Source: Thermoanaerobaculia bacterium
GTDB lineage: Bacteria; Acidobacteriota; Thermoanaerobaculia; Multivoradales; JAHEKO01
DNA length: 32,000 bases
Assembly (NCBI GenBank): GCA_049678185.1
Contig: JBAUDS010000010.1
Span: forward strand, 9,816-41,815
Direction of reading: 5' to 3'
The first letter of the stretch is position 1, and every line of letters starts with the position of its first letter. The position numbers were made by a program, and so were the translations under genes. The notes beneath the pieces were generated by a model. That model was not told where the DNA came from and did no database searches. It saw only the letters and a list, made by a program, of their open reading frames with translations. Below are positions 17,796 through 25,500 of the stretch, piece by piece.

Positions 17796-18569
17796 TCAGC
17801 GTTCGACTTCCTTGGAGGGTAACGGCTTGCTCTCCTTCGTTTCTGATCGCAGACGGGACACGATCCAGCCGATAGGTCCCGACGAGGTGAAGAGAATTGC
17901 TGCCGACAGAAAGAAGGCCGATGGCTGATAGATCATGAGTAACACGAAGGCGGCCAGGAGAGGCGCGGTGCGATAGCTCCAGCGCCGCTTGAGGTCGAGC
18001 TCCTTGAAGCTCCGATAGCGAAAGGTGGAGACCATCAATAGACCGAGCCAGGCAAGGGCCGCGAGCAGGACTGCGGGAAGCCAGGGTTGCCACTGCGAAT
18101 CGGGCAAAAAAAAGACGATCGCGGCCACCGCGCCCGCAGCCGCCGGTACCGGCAGCCCAACGAAGAATCGACGGTCCATGATCTTGGTCTGGACATTGAA
18201 GCGAGCCAGTCGGGTCGTGGCGCAGACCAGGAAGAAAAGGGGTAGCAGCCAGCCAACCCGGCCGAGCTCGCGGAATCCCCACAGGTGAGCTAGAAGTGCG
18301 GGTGCCGCACCAAAGGTGAGAACGTCGGCCAGCGAGTCGAACTCTCGCCCAAAGTCGCTCTCGGTGTTGGTCAGGCGGGCGATCCGGCCGTCCAGGTTGT
18401 CGAGAACACCGGCGAGGATGATCATCAAGGCCGCCGAGGCAAAGTCCTCCCGAAGACCTCGTATCACGGCGTAGAAGCCGAGCACGATAGTGCCGACGGT
18501 AAACAGGCTGGGGAGCAAATAGGCGCCCCGACGGAGCTTGTGCGGACTCTTCGGTTTGTTGCGTTTCAT
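17796..18569 (-). CDS. pssA: CDP-diacylglycerol--serine O-phosphatidyltransferase (CDP-alcohol phosphatidyltransferase family)
   Basis: The DG(x2)AR(x8)G(x3)D(x3)D motif appears as LDNLDGRIARLTNTESDFGREFDSLADV. Multiple TM segments. ATGA overlap with the psd stop at 18566-18569. Confidence 0.88.
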   Translation of the reverse strand: MKRNKPKSPHKLRRGAYLLPSLFTVGTIVLGFYAVIRGLREDFASAALMIILAGVLDNLDGRIARLTNTESDFGREFDSLADVLTFGAAPALLAHLWGFRELGRVGWLLPLFFLVCATTRLARFNVQTKIMDRRFFVGLPVPAAAGAVAAIVFFLPDSQWQPWLPAVLLAALAWLGLLMVSTFRYRSFKELDLKRRWSYRTAPLLAAFVLLMIYQPSAFFLSAAILFTSSGPIGWIVSRLRSETKESKPLPSKEVER

Positions 18570-19210
18570 GCCGCGGATTCCGGTCTGGCGACGGGGGTCT
18601 CTCCCTCTTTGAGTCTGTCACCCTTTTGCACTTCGATGCGATAGGAGGAGGGAACCAGCAGATCCACTCGTGACCCGAACTTGATCAAACCAATCAGCTG
18701 CCCCCGTCGCACGTGACTACCGACACTCTCATAGGCGACAACTCGTCGGGCCAGCAGACCGGCGATCTGTTTGACGCCGAAAAGGTCCCCCTTGGAGTCC
18801 CGCAGAACAGTGAGATGGCTCTCGTTGACCTCGCCGGCCTCGGGGCGAAATGCCGCCACCTTTCTGCCGGGAGTGTGCCTGCTGACCACGACCTCGCCGG
18901 CTACCGGCGATCTTTGGACGTGGACGTCGAAAACAGAGAGAAAGATCACGACCCGGTGCATCTCACCTTCGCCCACAGACTCGTCGGCGACGGTGTCGAC
19001 CCGCGTCACCAGACCGTTGGCTGGTGCGACGAGGACTTCGGGTGCCCCATCGAAAATTCTGGGCGGGATGCGAAAAAAGAGGAGAGTACCCACCGCAGCG
19101 ACGGCGGCTGCCAGAGACCACCATGGGGCCCCGAGGGCGAGAAGAGCCACTGCCAACAGAGCGGGGGGCAGGACGAACGGGAGAGACTCTTTGGCAAACG
19201 TCATGTGCAC
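18566..19210 (-). CDS. psd: Phosphatidylserine decarboxylase proenzyme (short, Asd-type/PSD-B-like)
   Basis: N-terminal TM segments. The C-terminal LIKFGSRVDLLVP contains the G-S self-cleavage site. It sits directly upstream of, and overlaps, pssA. Start is GTG at 19210 or ATG at 19204. Confidence 0.85.
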   Translation of the reverse strand: MHMTFAKESLPFVLPPALLAVALLALGAPWWSLAAAVAAVGTLLFFRIPPRIFDGAPEVLVAPANGLVTRVDTVADESVGEGEMHRVVIFLSVFDVHVQRSPVAGEVVVSRHTPGRKVAAFRPEAGEVNESHLTVLRDSKGDLFGVKQIAGLLARRVVAYESVGSHVRRGQLIGLIKFGSRVDLLVPSSYRIEVQKGDRLKEGETPVARPESAA

Positions 19211-19274
19211 GAACAGTTCGGCGAGAACCCCCCAAGCCGCTACGTGGGGGGCATGTCAGGGCTGATCAGCCAGC

Positions 19275-19511
19275 TCAGGCGGAGACGCTGGTTTCCCGAT
19301 AAGACCGCATGATGGCCTCCATACGATCTTTGAGAAAGAGCTTCTGGCGCTTGATCTGTTTTTCTTCCAGCTCGTCCTCTTCCGACCACATGGATTTCTG
19401 CCGCAACTCCTCGAGCCGCTTTTCAAAGCTCTGATGTTCTTCATGGAGGCGACGGAACTCCTCGTCAGTGTCGAGAAGCTCCTGCTTTAGCGGCTGATCG
19501 AGATTGGGCAT
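19275..19511 (-). CDS. Small coiled-coil protein, YdcH/DUF465 family
   Basis: MPNLDQPLKQELLDTDEEFRRLHEEHQSFEKRLEEL...EEDELEEKQIKRQKLFLKDRMEAIM matches the DUF465 pattern. A strong SD (AAGGAG) lies 8 nt upstream of the ATG at 19511. The track start at 19637 is an extension. Confidence 0.75.
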   Translation of the reverse strand: MPNLDQPLKQELLDTDEEFRRLHEEHQSFEKRLEELRQKSMWSEEDELEEKQIKRQKLFLKDRMEAIMRSYRETSVSA

Positions 19512-19685
19512 AGGCTGGACTCCTTTCCGGCCAGCTGCTCTTCGCAGCCGACGCCGGGACAGCGTCTGTCTTTGGTGGGCTGAAGGGGTTCTGTGGAGCG
19601 GTCGACCATATCGATTTTGACCTGTCCAGAATAGCACTGCGCCAGGAGTCGATCAAGGCAGGGCCGCGACCGCGGTCGGGGGCTT

Positions 19686-20354
19686 CTATTTGCCGAGTGG
19701 TTTGTAGCTGAGCGGTTGAAGATAGAGCGGCTCGAGCAGGGTGGCGGCATCCCACTCGAGATCTCGAGCCAGCGTCAGCCGAATGGCCGGTGCTGCCAGC
19801 GGCGGCGGCTCGATGAGTTGGGTCGTTTCGCCCCAGGAGATCGAAGCGGCCAGGCGCGACACCCCAAACCCGATCACCACGTCGGGCTCGAGGTCGGGCA
19901 GCCGATCGGCTGTCAGGTTTTGCGGCGGAGCGAGGGACTGCGGGGGGGCTCCGGGCCGAAAGGGCTGGACCAGCCAACGATTCTGGAGGGCGTCGACGGC
20001 GGCCAGTACGACCCCCTCTTTGCCGGGAGCCAGGCTTGCCAGAACATCGAAACTGGGGATGGCGGTCGCGGGGATGGCGACGGCCTGGTGAAGACCCAGC
20101 AGGGTTGCCAAGCCCACCCGCAGGCCGGTGAAACTCCCAGGTCCGCGCAGACCCAACAGGCCCTCGACCTCTTGGATGCTGCAGTTGGCGGCGACGAGGG
20201 CTTCGTCGACAAGCCGCAGAAGATTCCCTGACGAGCGCGCTATCCGGGCCGCGCCCTCGGCCAGGATCTCGTTGCCGTGGCCGATGGCCACACTGACCGT
20301 TGGCGAGCCGGAGTCCACCGCCAACAGCAGCAGATTGTCCTGGATTGGGGGCAT
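19686..20354 (-). CDS. tsaB: tRNA N6-threonylcarbamoyladenosine (t6A) biosynthesis protein TsaB (YeaZ)
   Basis: LLLLAVDSGSPTVSVAI...GLRGPGSFTGLRVGLATLLGL matches the inactive Kae1/TsaD-like ASKHA fold signature of TsaB. Confidence 0.85.
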   Translation of the reverse strand: MPPIQDNLLLLAVDSGSPTVSVAIGHGNEILAEGAARIARSSGNLLRLVDEALVAANCSIQEVEGLLGLRGPGSFTGLRVGLATLLGLHQAVAIPATAIPSFDVLASLAPGKEGVVLAAVDALQNRWLVQPFRPGAPPQSLAPPQNLTADRLPDLEPDVVIGFGVSRLAASISWGETTQLIEPPPLAAPAIRLTLARDLEWDAATLLEPLYLQPLSYKPLGK

Positions 20355-20410
20355 CCTTCGAGTCTATCCCGCGATCGGCAGGTCCGTTCGACTCGTTATA
20401 CTGATGCCAC

Positions 20411-23017
20411 ATGTCCAAGTCGTCCCGCTATACCCCGATGCTGCGCCAATATCTGGAGGTCAAGGCCGAGCATCAGGATGCCATTCTGCTCTTTCGCATG
20501 GGCGACTTCTACGAGCTCTTTTTCGATGACGCCGAAAAAGCAGCGCCGATTCTGGAGGTGGCGCTGACTGCGCGCAATCGCGGCACCGAGAACGAAGCGC
20601 CGATGTGTGGGGTTCCCCATCACGCGCTGGAGGTCTACCTGGCGAAGCTCCTGAAGGCAGGCCAGAAAGTGGCGATCTGTGACCAGGTGGAGGACCCGGC
20701 CACCGCCAAGGGTCTGGTCAAGCGGGAAGTGACTCGGGTCGTCACACCGGGTACGGTGAGCGATCCGAGTATCCTCGAAGGCAAGGAGAACAATTTTCTC
20801 GCCAGCCTGGTCTGGAACGGCGAGCAGGGGGGAGGGGCCTTTCTCGACGTCTCCACCGGGAGCTTCTTTGTGCGCCGATGGCACCGCCCCCAGGATGCGG
20901 TGGAGGATCTCGCCACTCTGCGACCGCGGGAGGTTCTGGTGCAGGCCGGACAGGTACCCATGTTGGTGCAGCAGTGGATCGAGCAACAGGGTATCTGCAG
21001 CACTCTGGGTAGCGAGGAGCATTTCATGCCGACGCGCCGCGCGGCCGACCTCGTCCAGCGGCAATTGGGGGCTACAACCCTGAGAGGGTTCGGCTTGGAA
21101 GACGACGAGCCCACGGTGCAAGCGGCGGCGGCCGCCCTGGCGTACGCCCGGGAAACCCAGCGCAGCGATCTCTCCCACATTCAGCAGCTCCGGCTTCAGC
21201 AGTCGCAGGATGCCATGATTCTGGACTCCACCACGCTCACCAATCTCGAGGTCTTTCGCAACCAGCGGGAGGGTGGGAGGGGTGGCACCCTCCTGTCGGT
21301 GCTGGATCGCACGGCAACGCCTCCGGGGGGTCGACTGCTCCGCGAATGGTTGCGGCGACCGCTCAAAGACCCGGCGGCGATCGACGAGCGTCACGAAGCC
21401 CTGGCCGAGCTTCTCCAAGACGAGGAGCGGCGGCTCCGGCTGCGAGAACACCTGTCCAAGTTCGGGGACCCCGAGCGGCTCCTATCGCGGGCCGTCCTGG
21501 GGGCCATAACGCCCCGTGAGGCAGCAGCCCTGCGTGACGGTCTGGCGCAAGTGCCCGGCATCGCCGATGAGCTGGCCGCGGCTCGTTCCGGGATGCTGCG
21601 CTCCATCGGCGAGGTCGATCGGGCCGAGGAGCTGACGGCGGAGCTTCATCGTGTTCTCGAGGACTCGCCCCCTGCCACCTTCAAGGACGGTGGCGTGATT
21701 CGGGCGCAGGTCGATGGCGAGCTGGATCGCGTGCGTTCACTGGCACGCGACAGCAAGCAGCACGTTCTGGCGATGGAGAGCCGAGAGCGGGAGAGCTCGG
21801 GCATCGCCACCCTCAAGATTCGCTACAACAAGGTCTTTGGCTACTACATCGAGGTCACCAAGGCGAACCAACATCTGGTTCCTGACCACTACACTCGCAA
21901 GCAGACACTGGTCAACGCCGAGCGCTATGTGACGCCCGAGCTCAAGGAGCTCGAAGAGCAGATTCTGGCTGCCCAGGAGGAGCAGATTCGGCTCGAGATC
22001 ATGCACTTCGAGCGTCTGCGGGATGCCATCGTCGAGGCCGGCAAAATCCTGCGCGCGATCGCTCGGGCCATCGGATCGCTGGACGTGCTGGTGAGCCTGG
22101 CGGAGGTGGCCGCGAGGAATCGCTATGTGCGACCGAAGGTGACCGGGGGTGGCGGCAGGATCTCCATCCGTGACGGGCGTCACCCGGTGGTCGAGCTGGT
22201 CGGCTCGGAGCCGTTCGTGCCCAATGACGCCGAGCTCGACGGCGAAGATGCGCAGATAGTCATCCTCACCGGACCGAATATGGGCGGCAAGTCGACCTAC
22301 CTTCGCCAGGTGGCCCTGATCGTACTCATGGCGCAGGTGGGGAGTTTTGTGCCGGCGCGTGAGGCCACCATCGGCGCCGCGGATCGGATTTTTACTCGGG
22401 TCGGAGCCAGCGACGATCTATCGCGCGGTGAGTCGACCTTTATGGTGGAGATGATCGAGACGGCGAAGATTCTCCACCAGAGCTCCGCCGAGAGCCTGGT
22501 CATCCTCGATGAGGTGGGCCGAGGGACGGCGACTTTCGACGGCCTCTCTCTGGCCTGGGCGATCGTCGAGCACCTGCACGAGCACGGCCGCCCGCTGACT
22601 CTGTTTGCCACCCACTATCACGAGCTGACCGAGCTGTCCTCCCTACTGTCACGCGTGGTCAATCGCACCATGGCGGTCAAGGAGTGGAACGATCAGATCG
22701 TGTTTCTGCGCAAAGTCACCGCAGGCAGCTCGGACAAGTCGTACGGGCTGCACGTGGCTCGCCTGGCCGGCATTCCCACCACCGTGATCGAGAGAGCGGC
22801 GGAGGTTCTGAACAATCTGGAAGAGCAGGAATACGATCTCAGCGGCAAGCCGCGGCTGGCCCGCGGCAATCCGCCCACGGACGGGAGTCCGGATCAAATG
22901 CACCTCTTCGCCCCCGCCGAGCAGGTAGTGGCCAGTCTGCTGCGCGAGGTCGACCTGGAGAGGCTGTCACCGCTGGCCGCCCTGAATCTGCTCCAATCGC
23001 TGAAGTCGAGACTGTAG
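20411..23017 (+). CDS. mutS: DNA mismatch repair protein MutS
   Basis: TPMLRQYLEVKAEHQDAILLFRMGDFYELFFDDA (mismatch-binding domain), Walker A GPNMGGKSTYLRQ, STFMVEM and DEVGRGT. Confidence 0.97.
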   Translation: MSKSSRYTPMLRQYLEVKAEHQDAILLFRMGDFYELFFDDAEKAAPILEVALTARNRGTENEAPMCGVPHHALEVYLAKLLKAGQKVAICDQVEDPATAKGLVKREVTRVVTPGTVSDPSILEGKENNFLASLVWNGEQGGGAFLDVSTGSFFVRRWHRPQDAVEDLATLRPREVLVQAGQVPMLVQQWIEQQGICSTLGSEEHFMPTRRAADLVQRQLGATTLRGFGLEDDEPTVQAAAAALAYARETQRSDLSHIQQLRLQQSQDAMILDSTTLTNLEVFRNQREGGRGGTLLSVLDRTATPPGGRLLREWLRRPLKDPAAIDERHEALAELLQDEERRLRLREHLSKFGDPERLLSRAVLGAITPREAAALRDGLAQVPGIADELAAARSGMLRSIGEVDRAEELTAELHRVLEDSPPATFKDGGVIRAQVDGELDRVRSLARDSKQHVLAMESRERESSGIATLKIRYNKVFGYYIEVTKANQHLVPDHYTRKQTLVNAERYVTPELKELEEQILAAQEEQIRLEIMHFERLRDAIVEAGKILRAIARAIGSLDVLVSLAEVAARNRYVRPKVTGGGGRISIRDGRHPVVELVGSEPFVPNDAELDGEDAQIVILTGPNMGGKSTYLRQVALIVLMAQVGSFVPAREATIGAADRIFTRVGASDDLSRGESTFMVEMIETAKILHQSSAESLVILDEVGRGTATFDGLSLAWAIVEHLHEHGRPLTLFATHYHELTELSSLLSRVVNRTMAVKEWNDQIVFLRKVTAGSSDKSYGLHVARLAGIPTTVIERAAEVLNNLEEQEYDLSGKPRLARGNPPTDGSPDQMHLFAPAEQVVASLLREVDLERLSPLAALNLLQSLKSRL

Positions 23018-23048
23018 AAAGTCGACGACCCGGCGGGGGCTGGGCCCC

Positions 23049-23471
23049 TCAGAACGGTATGTCGTCGTCCGTGGGTTCGGCCACCGATTGTGGAGCGGTG
23101 GCGCCAAACCCATCGCTCTCAGCCCGCGGGCCATCGAAATCTTCCTTGCGGTCCAACATCTGGAAGTTTTCGCACACGATTTTGGTCTTCGATCGCTTGG
23201 CACCGGTCTCTCGGTCTTCCCAGGAATCGGTCTTGATCCGTCCTTCGACGTAGAGCTTCGAGCCCTTTTTGAGGTACTGGCCGGCGATCTCGGCCAGCTT
23301 GCCCCAGACCTCGATCAAGTGCCACTCGGTCTCCTTTGTTCGATTGCCGTCCTGATCTTTTCTGCGCCGATTGGTGGCGAGACTGAAGCTCACCACGGGC
23401 TGCCCCGAGGGAGTTGAGCGCATCTCCGGGTCGCGTCCAAGATTACCGATCAAAATTACTTTGTTCACCAT
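23049..23471 (-). CDS. ssb: Single-stranded DNA-binding protein
   Basis: MVNKVILIGNLGRDPEMR OB-fold start, an acidic C-terminal tip DDDIPF, and SD GGAGGAG upstream of the ATG at 23471. Confidence 0.95.
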   Translation of the reverse strand: MVNKVILIGNLGRDPEMRSTPSGQPVVSFSLATNRRRKDQDGNRTKETEWHLIEVWGKLAEIAGQYLKKGSKLYVEGRIKTDSWEDRETGAKRSKTKIVCENFQMLDRKEDFDGPRAESDGFGATAPQSVAEPTDDDIPF

Positions 23472-23598
23472 TTTCGTCGTCTCCTCCGTTGAGCTTGAGC
23501 CACGCTATCATAGCGCTTTGGCGCGGCCGTTTTGCTCGCCTCTGACCTTGGCTGAGGCGAGCATTCTTCGGGCCTCACTACTATCAAGGACGGAAAAC

Positions 23599-24057
23599 GT
23601 GCGCTTGATCTTGCAGCGAGTCAGCTCGGCGGAGGTTCGGGTGGATGGGGAGGTCGTCAGTCGAATCGGCCGAGGTGTGTTGGCACTCGTCGGGGTGGAG
23701 AAGGAGGATGGCCGCGAGCAGGTCGCCAAAGCCGCCGAGAAACTAGCCCACCTGCGCCTTTTCGAGGATGCCGAGGGCAGGATGAACCTGGATGCGGCCG
23801 CTGTCGGTGGCGCCTTTCTGGTGGTTTCTCAGTTCACCCTGGCCGGCTCGCTGGACAAGGGGCGGCGACCCTCCTTCGACGGCGCCGCGCCGGCCGAGCG
23901 GGCCGAGCCGCTGGTCGAAGAGCTTGTCGATGAGCTCCGAGCGCTGGGATGTGTGGTGGAGACCGGGCGGTTTGGAGCCCACATGGAAGTCGAGCTGATC
24001 AACGACGGGCCGGTGACGTTTGTCTTGGATTTGCCACCCGCGTCCGGGCCGAGCTGA
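23599..24057 (+). CDS. dtd: D-aminoacyl-tRNA deacylase
   Basis: From the GTG at 23599: VRLILQRVSSAEVRVDGEVV..IGRGVLALVGV...FLVVSQFTLAG...RPSF...NDGPVTFVLD (SQFTL and NDGPVT motifs). The track start at 23371 overlaps ssb and crosses the intergenic region. AAGGA lies upstream. Confidence 0.9.
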   Translation: MRLILQRVSSAEVRVDGEVVSRIGRGVLALVGVEKEDGREQVAKAAEKLAHLRLFEDAEGRMNLDAAAVGGAFLVVSQFTLAGSLDKGRRPSFDGAAPAERAEPLVEELVDELRALGCVVETGRFGAHMEVELINDGPVTFVLDLPPASGPS

Positions 24058-24080
24058 GTCGCCCAAACGGGCGACTCACT

Positions 24081-25109
24081 TCAGCCGACAATGGGCACGA
24101 GCGAGATCGGAATCGGCATGAATGAGAGCACGAAGAGAATCAGGCAGACCAAGGCAACCAAGCGGCGCTTGGGATCGAGCGGCTCGTTCTCGTCGAGGAC
24201 CCTGGGATGTCGCAACCCGACAATGAGAACGATCACGCACCAGAGAATCCAGCCCGGCCAGAGAAACAGCCCACCCAAGGCCAGGGCCCCCCAGAGCAAG
24301 AAGACGGACTGCCGTTGCAGCTTGCTGCTGGCGGCGTAGAGGATGTGACCGCCGTCGAGCTGCCCGAGCGGCAACAGATTGAGGGCCGTGGCCAGCAGAC
24401 CTACCCACGCGGCCAGGGCGAAGGGGTGGAGATCCATCACCGCACCCGGTGGCAGGTCGCCGTGGAATAGCCTCACGGCCAGCTCGAGTCCCAGACACTT
24501 TCCCGGCAACAGCAGGACGAGATTGCTGGGCTCGTTTGCCGAGGCCAGTTGCACCGCCGCCGGCTGAGATTTGGCAACACCGTAGAGAAGAAACGGCAGC
24601 AAGGCCAGAAAACCGGCAATCGGCCCGGATGCGCCGACGTCGAGTAGTTCCCGTTTGCTGCGGATCTGCGCCTTGATCTTGATGAAGGCCCCCAGAGTGC
24701 CGAGCCCCAACGGCGCGGGGATGAAGTAGGGCAGAGTCGCCGGCAAGCCATAGCGACGACAGGCCAGGTAGTGGCCCAACTCGTGACACAAGAGAATAAA
24801 AAGCGCTGGCAGCGAGAACATCAGGCCGGTCGCCAGGAGATCGGGATCCGACCACACCGCGGCGATGGTTCCGGGAGTAAGAAACGGCACCAGGTCGGTG
24901 GTGACGTCGGTTCTGGTCGAGAGATACCAACCAGCTCCAAGTGTGGTCGTCGCAAACAGGGTCAGTAGGAACAAGGTCAGCGCCAGCAGATAGCGCGGTG
25001 CCGAGACCGGCAACTTCCAGTCACTCACGGGGGGTGGCTGGTTCGCCACACCGGCAAACGAGTCCTGGGTTGGTGGCTCGGTCATCGAGGTTGGCAGAGA
25101 CCGCTGCAC
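24081..25109 (-). CDS. Site-2 protease family (M50) intramembrane zinc metalloprotease
   Basis: HExxH lies within a TM segment (LLCHELGHYLACRRYG). Polytopic. A downstream NLLPLGQLDGGHI motif is present. Start is GTG at 25109 or ATG at 25085. Confidence 0.8.
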   Translation of the reverse strand: MQRSLPTSMTEPPTQDSFAGVANQPPPVSDWKLPVSAPRYLLALTLFLLTLFATTTLGAGWYLSTRTDVTTDLVPFLTPGTIAAVWSDPDLLATGLMFSLPALFILLCHELGHYLACRRYGLPATLPYFIPAPLGLGTLGAFIKIKAQIRSKRELLDVGASGPIAGFLALLPFLLYGVAKSQPAAVQLASANEPSNLVLLLPGKCLGLELAVRLFHGDLPPGAVMDLHPFALAAWVGLLATALNLLPLGQLDGGHILYAASSKLQRQSVFLLWGALALGGLFLWPGWILWCVIVLIVGLRHPRVLDENEPLDPKRRLVALVCLILFVLSFMPIPISLVPIVG

Positions 25110-25181
25110 ACCTTCACGAGCGGGTGAAGTCGAAGCAATGACACCACCGGATAGCTGGATGAGAGTAGACGGGCGGGCAGG

Positions 25182-25448
25182 CTAGATGTTCTTCAGTTCC
25201 TTACCGGGCTTGAAACGGACCGTCTTGCCGGGCGCAATGGCCACCTCTACACCGGTCTTGGGATTGCGTCCCACTCCCCGCTTGCGATCGCGGACCTGGA
25301 ACACTCCGAAACCGCGAAACTCGATCCGCTTGCCCTCACTGAGGGCGTTCTTCATCTCTTCGAAGATCGTCTCGACAGCAAGTGCTGCCTTCACCCTGGA
25401 GACGTCGGAGGTCTCGGCGACACGATTGACGAGGTCCGCTTTGATCAT
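25182..25448 (-). CDS. IHF/HU family DNA-binding protein (88 aa)
   Basis: MIKADLVNRVAE...RIEFRGFGVFQVRDRKRGVGRNPKTGVEVAIAPGKTVRFKPGKELK is a classical IHF/HU beta-arm signature. The track ORF up to 25868 is a spurious extension overlapping the upstream gene. Confidence 0.9.
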   Translation of the reverse strand: MIKADLVNRVAETSDVSRVKAALAVETIFEEMKNALSEGKRIEFRGFGVFQVRDRKRGVGRNPKTGVEVAIAPGKTVRFKPGKELKNI

Positions 25449-25500
25449 GATCTCGTGGGAAGGCGGCGAGTCTAGCAGTGGCTCTTTTGGGGTGTCAACG

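Noticed and set aside
19668-19677. Palindrome GACCGCGGTC downstream of tsaB, considered as a terminator.
   Set aside because: As RNA it gives at most a 4-6-bp stem with a 2-4-nt loop and no U-tract. It contains a SacII-type CCGCGG core that is common in GC-rich DNA.
20396-21451. 351-aa ORF antisense to the 5' third of mutS.
   Set aside because: It lies opposite the most conserved part of MutS and shows no motifs. It is a shadow ORF.
25111-25128. Hairpin CTTCAC-N6-GTGAAG between the IHF/HU stop and the M50 protease start.
   Set aside because: A 6-bp stem with no U-tract on the transcribed (minus) strand, abutting the possible GTG start of the protease. It may modulate read-through, but that is not supportable from sequence alone.
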